Notes under the pieces: generated by a model
Told to the model about the DNA's origin: nothing
What the model saw: the letters and a program-made list of their open reading frames with translations, nothing else
Databases searched by the model: none
In this document: positions 55,393-64,000 of the stretch, in pieces
How positions within the stretch are numbered: position 1 is the stretch's first letter
Layout: the number at the start of each line of letters is the position of its first letter
Position numbers and translations under genes: made by a program
Source of the DNA: a virus
Taxonomy: Duplodnaviria; Caudoviricetes
Length of the DNA stretch: 64,000 nucleotides
Strand: one strand, 5' to 3'
IMG/VR virus record: IMGVR_UViG_3300032295_003840
Location: 32,001 to 96,000 of that record

Positions 55393-58329
55393 TTAGGCCT
55401 GTGCTTCGGTCCAGCTTAGACGCATGTTGGAAATAATTGCTGGTCCGGCATTTTGATTTCTAAGCACAATGGTCAGCATGTCTGGTCCGTTGGGAAAGCC
55501 CGGTGTCTTGGCACTGCCTGGGCCACTGACAATGCTGTTACCTAAGTCACGAACGTTGCTGATGTCATAGTTGTCGGCACCAGTCGAGGTAACGAAACCA
55601 AAGATCTGTTCACCACCAGTAACAGTGGTTGTATTGCCAGTATGGTCAATGATCTGTGCCAGACTACCTGAACCAATCTGAGTAACAATGCTGGTTATAC
55701 CCCAGACGGTGGGAAACACTGGTGCGGTACTTCCACCAAAGACCGTGGGATTAAGAACACCCAGAACCTGAATCGAGGTATTACACACCAGACCCAGGCC
55801 CCGCATCTGCAGCTGCATGCGGTTTACAATTTCTCGTACGCCAAATTGTCCAGCAATGCTGTTGTCCACACTGGGTGCCAGACGTATGCTCAGCACGGCA
55901 ATGCTGGTGTTGGCTGCAATTGTAGTCAAAGATGTCAGTCGTGTATAAGCAAAAACAATGCTGCGGTCATCGTCATAGCCACCGTCCATGATTACACTGG
56001 TGCCCCAGTGCATTACTGTTGGTGCGCAGTTACATTCAATGTAGGTTACACTGCACTGTGAACTATTGCTTACTGCACCGCCTTCGTATTCTGTGGGAAC
56101 AAAGGTCAGGTTGCTGGTTGATCCACCCACCAGACGACGACTTAGTTGTTTCAGAGTCCAGGTACTGGCAATCGACGTATTGGCTTCCTTGCCTGAATAG
56201 GTCATGACTTCCACATTGGCGCCCTGCTGTACCAGAATTCTACCGTCATTGGGCCAGTAGGTTGCATCGCTGACCACCATCTGAACATCTCCAGATCCTA
56301 AACTCACACCCGGTGTGGCCACGTTATTGCTGACCAGCTTGGTATAGGGGCCGACGTTGAATACTTCGTAGCGAGCCGGCAGGTTACCAGATCGCATGTA
56401 GGCCTGATTGTTGACGTTGTTGTTGGCAATCTTATGGCAATAGACTACATCGCCATTGGTCATGCGCCAGCCAAATCTAACGAAACCTGCACCATACCAG
56501 GTATAGTCAATGTAGGCCATCTGCATTTTGCCAATGTCCAGATTATAACCACTGGGACCCGACCCATCGCAACGATCCAGGTTCCAGCTGCTCTGTGGTA
56601 TGCGCAGATTCTGCGTTACATTGACTCGGAGGCCTGCAGCAGTGTCGCCACGATAGGGTGGAGCAATCTCCATGCTGGTGGCAGTGTCTATGGCAGTAAC
56701 CTGAAAACTTGATCCACGGATCACAATGTTGTCGCCCACCACTAGCTGTTTATGAAACTTGGTGTTTAAACCAGTGACTGTGGTTGAGCCACTGGTGGCT
56801 GTCACTGTACCAAAAAGCTCTTTGATGCTCTGACGGCGTACTGCGAACAAAGTCTGACCATCGTATTCATAGTAGAAACCATTCTGAGCATCGAACATAC
56901 CAACTCTAGACGACGCACCCTTCCAGTTCTTTACAGTGATCTGAGCATTGGTGCCGCCAGGATTGGTGTCAGTGCTGGCCTGTGCTACGTTGTAGGTCAG
57001 TGTACGGCTGGTGGCAACCGAAGTAGTCACGCTCTGCACAACAAAGGTACCATTGTAGGGGTTGGTGGAACCCAGATTGGTTTCCACGCCTTCGACCACA
57101 ATGCTGACACCGCTGAGCAGCGACAGGGTTTGCTGTGTAGTAACACTGACCGATGTTCCAACCGCAGTTATGGTATTGATGTCAAAGTGTGAGCAGAACT
57201 TGGTGCCGGTACTCATGGCCAGGCCCTTGCCTGACTGATAACGGAAGTAGCGTCGAGTCTGACGTATGGCTGACACACCTTCCTGAATATTGTTGGTGCT
57301 GATCAGAACACCGCCGTCGCCGGCTCGATGCACAAAGGTTGCCTCGGGGCGTGGCATGAACATGGCATTGCCCAGTGTGGGCGAAGTAGCACCAGTCTGA
57401 ACATTCAGGGTAAGATAGCGGAAGCTAGTGGCGGTGGGGACGTCGTAGACACTCCAGTTACCATTGATGGTGGTTGTGGTAGCTGAGTTAACCAGGATTG
57501 GCGATCCAGGCATCAATCCATGTTTACCTGTGGTGTTCACAGTCACCATGCTGCCCGACAACGCAGAGTTAGTAGCAGCATTGTCTGACGCCACGGTGGA
57601 TACAATGAAACGCATTGGTACATTGTTGATGTCGTAGTTGTAGCCTGCCTGTACTATGCTGGCACTGGTGTAGACGCTGCCGTTGATCTGACCCTTGCCA
57701 ATGTAGGTAAAGTTTGTTGTCGTAGAGCTGACAATGGCAAACACGCCCTCGGCGTCCAGGTTGCTGGTGTAGCTTACGTTGACCAGATCACTGGTGACCA
57801 AACCATGGGCACCAACTGTGGTGACCGTGATTAAAGATCTGGGTGTCTGGTTACCGCCACTGATACCACCGGTGGTGACGTTCAGGCTGTTGGCACCGCC
57901 GCGATAGAAGTAGCCAGGATAGTTCTGCAGCAGGCTTAGGCTTTCCCATTTAATGGGCTGCAGGCCAAATTCAAAGTCAGTGTCGATCAGACTTTCTGGC
58001 GCAGCAACTCGCAGTTTATTGGCAGGATCCTGCAGCACTTCTATGGGCGCAAAACGCTCGTCGGCAACATCCTCCATGATCATTATGGGATCGGATGCAT
58101 TCATGCTGGTGGTGTTGTAGGCCAGAGTAAACTGCGTGCCTGTGCTGCTGAACGGACAGGTATAGCTGGCCAGTGTTAGATCTGGATCGCTAAAGTTATA
58201 GAGTACAGTGTTACTGGTAACATTGACCACCAACAGCAACTGTTCCCTGCTGATGATACGATTGGGAATCGTTATGGTTTTGGTTGCGGGGTCAAATGTA
58301 TAGTATTCACTTAAAATGCGTTTCGCCAT
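55393..58329 (-). CDS. Large virion structural protein
   Basis: 978 aa, Thr/Ser rich; LIDTDFEFGLQPIKWE, RQTRRYFRYQSGKG, IDYTWYGAG. Confidence 0.75.
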   Translation of the reverse strand: MAKRILSEYYTFDPATKTITIPNRIISREQLLLVVNVTSNTVLYNFSDPDLTLASYTCPFSSTGTQFTLAYNTTSMNASDPIMIMEDVADERFAPIEVLQDPANKLRVAAPESLIDTDFEFGLQPIKWESLSLLQNYPGYFYRGGANSLNVTTGGISGGNQTPRSLITVTTVGAHGLVTSDLVNVSYTSNLDAEGVFAIVSSTTTNFTYIGKGQINGSVYTSASIVQAGYNYDINNVPMRFIVSTVASDNAATNSALSGSMVTVNTTGKHGLMPGSPILVNSATTTTINGNWSVYDVPTATSFRYLTLNVQTGATSPTLGNAMFMPRPEATFVHRAGDGGVLISTNNIQEGVSAIRQTRRYFRYQSGKGLAMSTGTKFCSHFDINTITAVGTSVSVTTQQTLSLLSGVSIVVEGVETNLGSTNPYNGTFVVQSVTTSVATSRTLTYNVAQASTDTNPGGTNAQITVKNWKGASSRVGMFDAQNGFYYEYDGQTLFAVRRQSIKELFGTVTATSGSTTVTGLNTKFHKQLVVGDNIVIRGSSFQVTAIDTATSMEIAPPYRGDTAAGLRVNVTQNLRIPQSSWNLDRCDGSGPSGYNLDIGKMQMAYIDYTWYGAGFVRFGWRMTNGDVVYCHKIANNNVNNQAYMRSGNLPARYEVFNVGPYTKLVSNNVATPGVSLGSGDVQMVVSDATYWPNDGRILVQQGANVEVMTYSGKEANTSIASTWTLKQLSRRLVGGSTSNLTFVPTEYEGGAVSNSSQCSVTYIECNCAPTVMHWGTSVIMDGGYDDDRSIVFAYTRLTSLTTIAANTSIAVLSIRLAPSVDNSIAGQFGVREIVNRMQLQMRGLGLVCNTSIQVLGVLNPTVFGGSTAPVFPTVWGITSIVTQIGSGSLAQIIDHTGNTTTVTGGEQIFGFVTSTGADNYDISNVRDLGNSIVSGPGSAKTPGFPNGPDMLTIVLRNQNAGPAIISNMRLSWTEAQA

Positions 58330-58332
58330 GAA

Positions 58333-59547
58333 TCAATCTCCTAGGACTATGCTGTTGGCTGAGAATGGATAACGTTTTTTCTTTTGCCTTGATGCGGACC
58401 GATTATTTATCCGTATTTCTGCAGACTGTCGCGACTCAATGCCGCGATAAAAAATAATTCTGCTGCCCGATACCCTATAGGTATAGGTTCGTTCAGCCGT
58501 GTAGTCTACTATCCAAGGACCCAGCGTAGTTGTTTGTGGAACAGCAGCCCGATAATGTCTATTACCAATGCTGACTGTAAGATCTTTGTTGTCAGTATAA
58601 TGCACGCCTTCGGTGATGGCTACCTGATCGTCTCGTAGCGTGAACATGCGCTGAGCATTGTTGAACTGATCGGCAATATCGTCCAGCACAGTCACCGTGG
58701 CTCCAAAGCCTGCCACGACATTGCTGGTCACCGTACTGGTTACTGAATTGGCAACTATGCTGCTGCCTGTGACGCTGGTGATTAACTGGGTTGGAACATA
58801 GATGCCGTTGAACCAGGTAATGTTACCAACACTACCAGCATGAGCAACCGTAACGTCTCTATTAGCACCCGAGCTATTTTGTACGTAGATTTCAAAGTAA
58901 TCGGTGCTGCCATTGGCGTAGGCCAGAGCACTGACCTGCATGGCAAAGAAACTGGTAGCGGGCCAACCAGTTGCATTATACCCACGGTGATACTCAGAAC
59001 CATTCTTATAAAGAATAATCATTGCCTCGCTGCTGCCCATGTTGTCCATGCGGACCGTGGCATTGAGCTGATAATATCCAGTTACTGTGGGAGTAAATCT
59101 TGAGTTAGCAAAGTTGCCATTGTTGTCCCATTCTTCGTTCTGGAACAGCACCTTTTGTTGTTGCCCATTTGCCAGTATAGTCTGCTGAATGCTGCTATCA
59201 GGATAGGCACTGAAGGTGGGATAGGTGGTTGTACCAGTGTTGACCGTGCTGGTCACAGTAGCACTTACTGTGCTGATCACAGTACTGGTTACTGTGCTGC
59301 TGACATTGGTTACACTGGGAGTTACCGGAGTCCAAGCGGAGCCGCTCCAGGTCAGAGCCTGACCAGTTGTGGGTGTTGCCGAGCTGACTGCGTTGCCACG
59401 CAGTTTGGTGACGACAGGGGCACTGGTGCCGCCCCCCAGATCGCCGCCGAGCTCAATCTTTAGTAAATTGAGCTGGCGGAAATTATCATCGAGTTCACTG
59501 TTGGTAAGCGGCGAGCCCTTGTCTATACGCAGTGTTATACTGGCCAT
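58333..59547 (-). CDS. Virion protein with a C1q-like domain
   Basis: KGSPLTNSELDDNF N-terminus; FSAY ... RFTPTVTGYYQLNA ... WFNG. Confidence 0.7.
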   Translation of the reverse strand: MASITLRIDKGSPLTNSELDDNFRQLNLLKIELGGDLGGGTSAPVVTKLRGNAVSSATPTTGQALTWSGSAWTPVTPSVTNVSSTVTSTVISTVSATVTSTVNTGTTTYPTFSAYPDSSIQQTILANGQQQKVLFQNEEWDNNGNFANSRFTPTVTGYYQLNATVRMDNMGSSEAMIILYKNGSEYHRGYNATGWPATSFFAMQVSALAYANGSTDYFEIYVQNSSGANRDVTVAHAGSVGNITWFNGIYVPTQLITSVTGSSIVANSVTSTVTSNVVAGFGATVTVLDDIADQFNNAQRMFTLRDDQVAITEGVHYTDNKDLTVSIGNRHYRAAVPQTTTLGPWIVDYTAERTYTYRVSGSRIIFYRGIESRQSAEIRINNRSASRQKKKRYPFSANSIVLGD

Positions 59548-59565
59548 GTGGCTGCCCCATTATAA

Positions 59566-60117
59566 TTAGGAGATTGTAATGGTCCAGGTGATCTGCAGCG
59601 TATCGTCGTTACCTTTGTTGACAGCATTGAAGGTTGTGCGGCAAAGCATGGTACCACCAGAAGCCTGAGTATTGGAGCTGTTGAAAATGCCAGCTTCAGT
59701 AATGGCTGTGGTGTTGCTGGTGTTGGTGCGCTGTGGATTGTTTACACCAAATGTAGACACATAGGTAACAATACCAGTTGAGAAGCTGCTGGTGGTCAGG
59801 CTTGCGCGGCTATAGGCGAAGATATCGCCACCCACGGCAACTTCGGCTGTAAGGCTGGTGTCAGCGTTGGCAGCAGCAGTAGTGCTGGTACCAATGCCCA
59901 TGTGCGACATGCAGCTGGTCAGTGTGCTAGTGCTGCGGTTGTCGGCAGCCAGGCCAGCCACACTGTTGGGACCAACCATGCGTGTGGCAATATAGGTTTT
60001 ACCAGACTGTACTACTAGGTTGGGAATGTAGCGACTGTCCTTGATTTCGCCGTCGGGACCGATGAGTTTAATGTCAACGCTACCACGAAGCTTTTGTGTA
60101 TCTTCGTATTTAGTCAT
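59566..60117 (-). CDS. Tail-associated structural protein
   Basis: NLVV, GIGT, ITEAGIFN, MLCRTTF, DTLQITW motifs. Confidence 0.7.
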   Translation of the reverse strand: MTKYEDTQKLRGSVDIKLIGPDGEIKDSRYIPNLVVQSGKTYIATRMVGPNSVAGLAADNRSTSTLTSCMSHMGIGTSTTAAANADTSLTAEVAVGGDIFAYSRASLTTSSFSTGIVTYVSTFGVNNPQRTNTSNTTAITEAGIFNSSNTQASGGTMLCRTTFNAVNKGNDDTLQITWTITIS

Positions 60118-60131
60118 TTAGTGCTCCTTAT

Positions 60132-63100
60132 TTAAGAAAATGATCGCGATGCGCCAACATAGTCGTTCTCAAGATATTCTATGTCAACGTAGTCTGTCAT
60201 GCGTAGAGATCCATTACTGACCATAGTATTTATATTTCCGAACGGGTCAAGATCGCCCTGCGGGTCGATCAGTGTGTCTTCCAGAGTTCGGAACAGCAGG
60301 TTGCTAATGGTAACAGCGTCTGAGGCCAGCAGATCTTCACGACGGGGCTGGGTCAGCAGATAGTTAAAACGACTTTCTGTGGAAAGACTAAGTTCAACAG
60401 GACGTTTATAGTTAGCGAATCTGCGCTGATCGTCTGAAATTACTATGTTTTGAGTGGTCAGTATTATAATGGGCGGAACAATGCCTGTTCCGCCGCCACC
60501 AGCTCCTCGGCCCAAGCTACCGCTATAGGCGCCGCCTCCACCACCGCCAGCACCGCCCCCAGAACCCGGAGAACCGGCGGTGCTGTCATTGTTAGGAACA
60601 CCGGTATTGCCAGTATCTGCATTACCACCGGCACCACCGTTGCCACTATAACCGCCAGCGCCACCGCCGCCACCGCCTGAATAGGTAGCTGTACGATTAC
60701 CACCGTTGCCGCCATTGCCACCGCCCTGACCAACGTAATTGCCGCCAGTTCCTCCTGCAATGCCGTTGGCGCCACCACCGCCTTTTACAGTTGTAATGCT
60801 GCTAAAATAACTGTCACCTCCAGAATTTTGCACTGAGAATAGTCCAGCTCTACCAACCTGAACTGTGTAGGTGTTGCCTAGCCCCACAGGCACAACAGCC
60901 CAGCCTAAACCTCCGCCACCGCCACCTCTGCCGCCATTGTCCTGCCCCGCTCCACCGCCACCGACACAGATAGCTACAACTATGCCATTTACAGTGGAAA
61001 CCCAAGATGTGACAAAATTTGTTGTGGCCGCAGCCGATGTGGTAAATGTTATAGAAGAGTCTGTACCATTGGCATTTTTCCAATACAGATGTACTACACC
61101 AACACCGGCATCGCCGAGGCCTCGGCCGAGGCCATCGGCACCGCCGCCACCGCCACCGTAGGTACCGCCAGCACTGCTGGTAGTACCATTGGCACCACTA
61201 GATCCACCAGCACCTGGATCTGGTAAAGCCAATGAGGTACCGCGTGCACCACCAGCACCCGATGCGCCACCTGCCGCAATATATGAAATTTCCACCAAAG
61301 GCGTTTTAAGAAAATCTAGACTGATGCGTTCCTGAGCATCGCCGCTGAATCTGATTGTGCCATAGCGCTGACCTATGCGTACAATGTCAGTAGTACTGGT
61401 GGCTGCTATGGTTACGCCGCTTACAGTGACATTGGCGCCTTGCTTGGCTCTCAGGCTGAAGTCAAAGCTAGTTCTTTCTAAATCATTGCCGCTAACACGA
61501 GCCCCAAAAGTGCCACCGCCAAAGCCTATGACCACAGCCACAGAAGAAATTCGTTTTCCTACAGTAAAGAAGCTGCGCTCTTCGTTGGCACTGCGCTGAT
61601 CGTAGTCAATGCCAGCTCGTAGTGTAATACTGCTAATGGGTTTGCTGATGTCAAATCTGATGCGTTCCTGAGCATCGCCACTGAAACGAATTACACCATA
61701 TCGTTGTCCTACTCGTACGTTGTCACTGGTGCTGCTAGCAGCAATGGTCACACCGCTTACAGTGACATTGGCGCCCTGTTTGGCCAACAGACTAAAGTCA
61801 AAGGCAGTACGTTCCAGGGGCGAGCCCGTGACACGAATACCCAGAGCGGGTACAATGCCTGCTGTTAAACTATCACGCTCCAGCAGAGTGGCGCGATAGG
61901 TCAGTCCGTCGAAGGTCTGCAGGAAGTCATCGGGTATGACGCTGTCGCCGATGCGCTTGGTGATGCTGAACACCAGACGTTCCAGCACATTGCCACGTGC
62001 CTGGTCTACCCCGCTGCCTGCTCTGATGTTGATGCTGCTGATGGCCTTGTTGACATTCAGGCTAATACGCTCCTGGGCATCGCCGCTGAATCTAATGATG
62101 CCAAACTGCTGACCAACGCGTAGGGTATCACTGGTGCTGCTGGCCGCCACGGTAACACCACTCACCGTGACATTGGCGCCCTGCTTGGCACGCAGTGTAA
62201 AGTTAAAACTGGTGCGTTCTAGATCGTCGCCACTGACACGCAGGCCCGGCGCCGCAGTACCAAAGCCAATCTGAACTGGATGTGTTGCAGGATTGCCTGC
62301 ATCGGCACGAGCCAGCATGGTGATGCTGAACGCCAGACGTTCCAGCTCATTGCCCCGTGCCTGGTCTATGTCAATGCCAGCCTTGACATCATCGGTTTTA
62401 TTCAGACCAACCAATTTAGCTGTGCGATCCAATATGATTGGCTGATCAGTCAGACTCTTGGTAATATCGAAGAAACGTGAGTCTGCAGTAGGCTGTATTT
62501 CTCGGAATAGTTTGGTGCCGTCATAGGTCAGACCGTCTGTGACTAGACTGTAGGAATCTTCTACACTGACAGTATCAGTCAAGGTTGCAGGAATCAGCAG
62601 CTTGGCTATGCGGTCCAGCGCCGGTGTTTCCAGTTCAAAATTACGCTTGTAGTCAGTGATGCTGGTCCAGAGATCTATGACACCAACAGCATCACGATCC
62701 TGTGCAGACTGTGACAACAGCACCGATGAATCTCTGACACCAGTATAGCCTATGACAGTGACCGTGGTTTCATAGGATGTAGAATATTCAGTGTTTAGAA
62801 CACGGAAATTGGTAAACGCAGCAAAGGGCGATGACCCTAGTTCATCATCGGCATTCTGACGGAATCGAACCAGTACACTCGCCTGACGTTGTGCCGGCGT
62901 TAGAACAATGGTCTTGGTTGTATAACTGGTACCACTGTATGGCGAACTACTGGTATCAAAAATCGTTGTTGTTGTGTCACCTATTGTAACACTAAATGAC
63001 GGTGAGCCGTCATGACCTGAAACTCGCCAATCAAAACTAATGGCTGTGGCATTGCGCAGATCCAGTAAATTGCTGTCAATGTAGCGTGATTCACCCTGAA

Positions 63101-64000
63101 AGATGCCTGGCGTACGGTAAGTAAAATAGTTTCCAAAGTCATCTGTACTAACCGTACCAAACCGATCACTGGTAGACAAAAACAAGGTGGATCCAGTCCA
63201 GTTATTGCCCGTGGTAACTGAACTCATGTAACCATCGGTCTGCAGAGTGACATAGTATGGTGTTACAATGGTCTGCACCGATGTACTGAACTGCGAAGGA
63301 ACCAGAGATTCTATGGTCTTGACCAGCAGACTTCCAGCCACACTGCGTCGTGCAGACTTGTTGATGTTGAATGCAGTACGTTCTAGATCGTCGCCACTGA
63401 CACGTTGCCCAAAGTTGTCGGCACCAAAGCCTACAACAATGTTCACAGAACTAATGGGTTTGATCAGAGTAAACCGTTCAGCATCCAACGGCGGTGCTGC
63501 CTCTTCAAATACACGATTCACTGAAATTAGACGACGCCAGGTGTCCACAGTACCCACTCGGTCGGTATCGGAACTGGTGTAGGTCAGCGCCACGGAACTG
63601 TCCAGCGGATGGGCTGTGCCTGTAAATACTGTGCTGGTTGTCACCGACGTTACAGTAACAACTGAAGTTACAGTCAACAATGAAACTTCGGCTACACCAT
63701 AGTTGTCGGTTGTGCCGCCGCTGGAGGCAAACTGCACCAGACGTATTCTGGTGGGGCTGAACAACAATGCTATGCTGGTCAGTGTCCAGCTGTCAGTGGT
63801 TAATAAATTAACCGTGGTTGCCGTAACCCAGGTGCCAGTCGACGATGACAGATACTGCAATACCAGTTGTTCGCCACTCAGATCAGGAGTTTCGCCACCG
63901 TTGGTGCCGTTACCAGCTATGTGCCTGAAGGCTATACTGGCAATCCCAGTACTGAAACTCTTGGTGGTCAGAGTACGTGTAGTAGCAGTGTCAAAGAAGT
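60132..64000 (-). CDS. Very large tail/adhesin-like protein with internal repeats and a Gly-rich domain (5' end outside the window)
   Basis: The frame stays open beyond 63860 to the window edge. Three copies of AKQGANVTVSGVT...RFSGDAQERI and a Gly-rich C-terminal region. Confidence 0.8.
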   Translation of the reverse strand, partial: FFDTATTRTLTTKSFSTGIASIAFRHIAGNGTNGGETPDLSGEQLVLQYLSSSTGTWVTATTVNLLTTDSWTLTSIALLFSPTRIRLVQFASSGGTTDNYGVAEVSLLTVTSVVTVTSVTTSTVFTGTAHPLDSSVALTYTSSDTDRVGTVDTWRRLISVNRVFEEAAPPLDAERFTLIKPISSVNIVVGFGADNFGQRVSGDDLERTAFNINKSARRSVAGSLLVKTIESLVPSQFSTSVQTIVTPYYVTLQTDGYMSSVTTGNNWTGSTLFLSTSDRFGTVSTDDFGNYFTYRTPGIFQGESRYIDSNLLDLRNATAISFDWRVSGHDGSPSFSVTIGDTTTTIFDTSSSPYSGTSYTTKTIVLTPAQRQASVLVRFRQNADDELGSSPFAAFTNFRVLNTEYSTSYETTVTVIGYTGVRDSSVLLSQSAQDRDAVGVIDLWTSITDYKRNFELETPALDRIAKLLIPATLTDTVSVEDSYSLVTDGLTYDGTKLFREIQPTADSRFFDITKSLTDQPIILDRTAKLVGLNKTDDVKAGIDIDQARGNELERLAFSITMLARADAGNPATHPVQIGFGTAAPGLRVSGDDLERTSFNFTLRAKQGANVTVSGVTVAASSTSDTLRVGQQFGIIRFSGDAQERISLNVNKAISSINIRAGSGVDQARGNVLERLVFSITKRIGDSVIPDDFLQTFDGLTYRATLLERDSLTAGIVPALGIRVTGSPLERTAFDFSLLAKQGANVTVSGVTIAASSTSDNVRVGQRYGVIRFSGDAQERIRFDISKPISSITLRAGIDYDQRSANEERSFFTVGKRISSVAVVIGFGGGTFGARVSGNDLERTSFDFSLRAKQGANVTVSGVTIAATSTTDIVRIGQRYGTIRFSGDAQERISLDFLKTPLVEISYIAAGGASGAGGARGTSLALPDPGAGGSSGANGTTSSAGGTYGGGGGGADGLGRGLGDAGVGVVHLYWKNANGTDSSITFTTSAAATTNFVTSWVSTVNGIVVAICVGGGGAGQDNGGRGGGGGGLGWAVVPVGLGNTYTVQVGRAGLFSVQNSGGDSYFSSITTVKGGGGANGIAGGTGGNYVGQGGGNGGNGGNRTATYSGGGGGGAGGYSGNGGAGGNADTGNTGVPNNDSTAGSPGSGGGAGGGGGGAYSGSLGRGAGGGGTGIVPPIIILTTQNIVISDDQRRFANYKRPVELSLSTESRFNYLLTQPRREDLLASDAVTISNLLFRTLEDTLIDPQGDLDPFGNINTMVSNGSLRMTDYVDIEYLENDYVGASRSFS

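Noticed and set aside
116-63582. Long plus-strand ORFs antisense to core genes (e.g. 2436-3050, 21018-21623, 22829-23725, 49679-50245)
   Set aside because: They mirror the codon bias of the minus-strand genes and carry no recognisable motifs.
1-64000. Stop-codon reassignment
   Set aside because: Core genes are full length in the standard code and no suppressor tRNA (CTA, TTA or TCA) was found.
1-64000. CRISPR array, introns, inteins, homing endonucleases or integrase
   Set aside because: No regularly spaced direct repeats were seen. gp43, gp17, gp20, gp23, gp46 and uvsW have normal uninterrupted lengths, and no such motifs were recognised.

Overview
This 64-kb window is part of a T4-like (Tevenvirinae-type) myophage genome, about 48% GC by eye, with almost all genes on the minus strand. 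From left to right it holds: the replication core (partial gp41, uvsX, gp43); a plus-strand island of membrane and secreted proteins that includes a PBP-type S11 peptidase; an array of 28 tRNA genes covering all 20 amino acids, interspersed with small ORFs and three candidate structured RNAs; hsp20, regA, gp62/44/45 and dNMP kinase; a CobS/CobT-like pair; gp46/47; a 7-deazaguanine DNA-modification cluster (queE, folE, dpdA-like, dpdL-like, queD, no queC) that also carries a glycosyltransferase and two cytidylyltransferases; gp55, uvsW and uvsY; and the head/neck/tail module (gp3, gp23-gp13) followed by large tail proteins. The most striking unannotated signal is at 14660-14890, at the head of the tRNA array: a sigma70 promoter, then a 38-codon leader ORF that samples 29 different codons and 19 amino acids in 30 positions, then an antiterminator and an intrinsic terminator. 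This looks like a ribosome-dependent attenuator that senses the whole tRNA pool and switches on phage tRNA transcription. All calls come from motif recognition by eye; no database searches were run.
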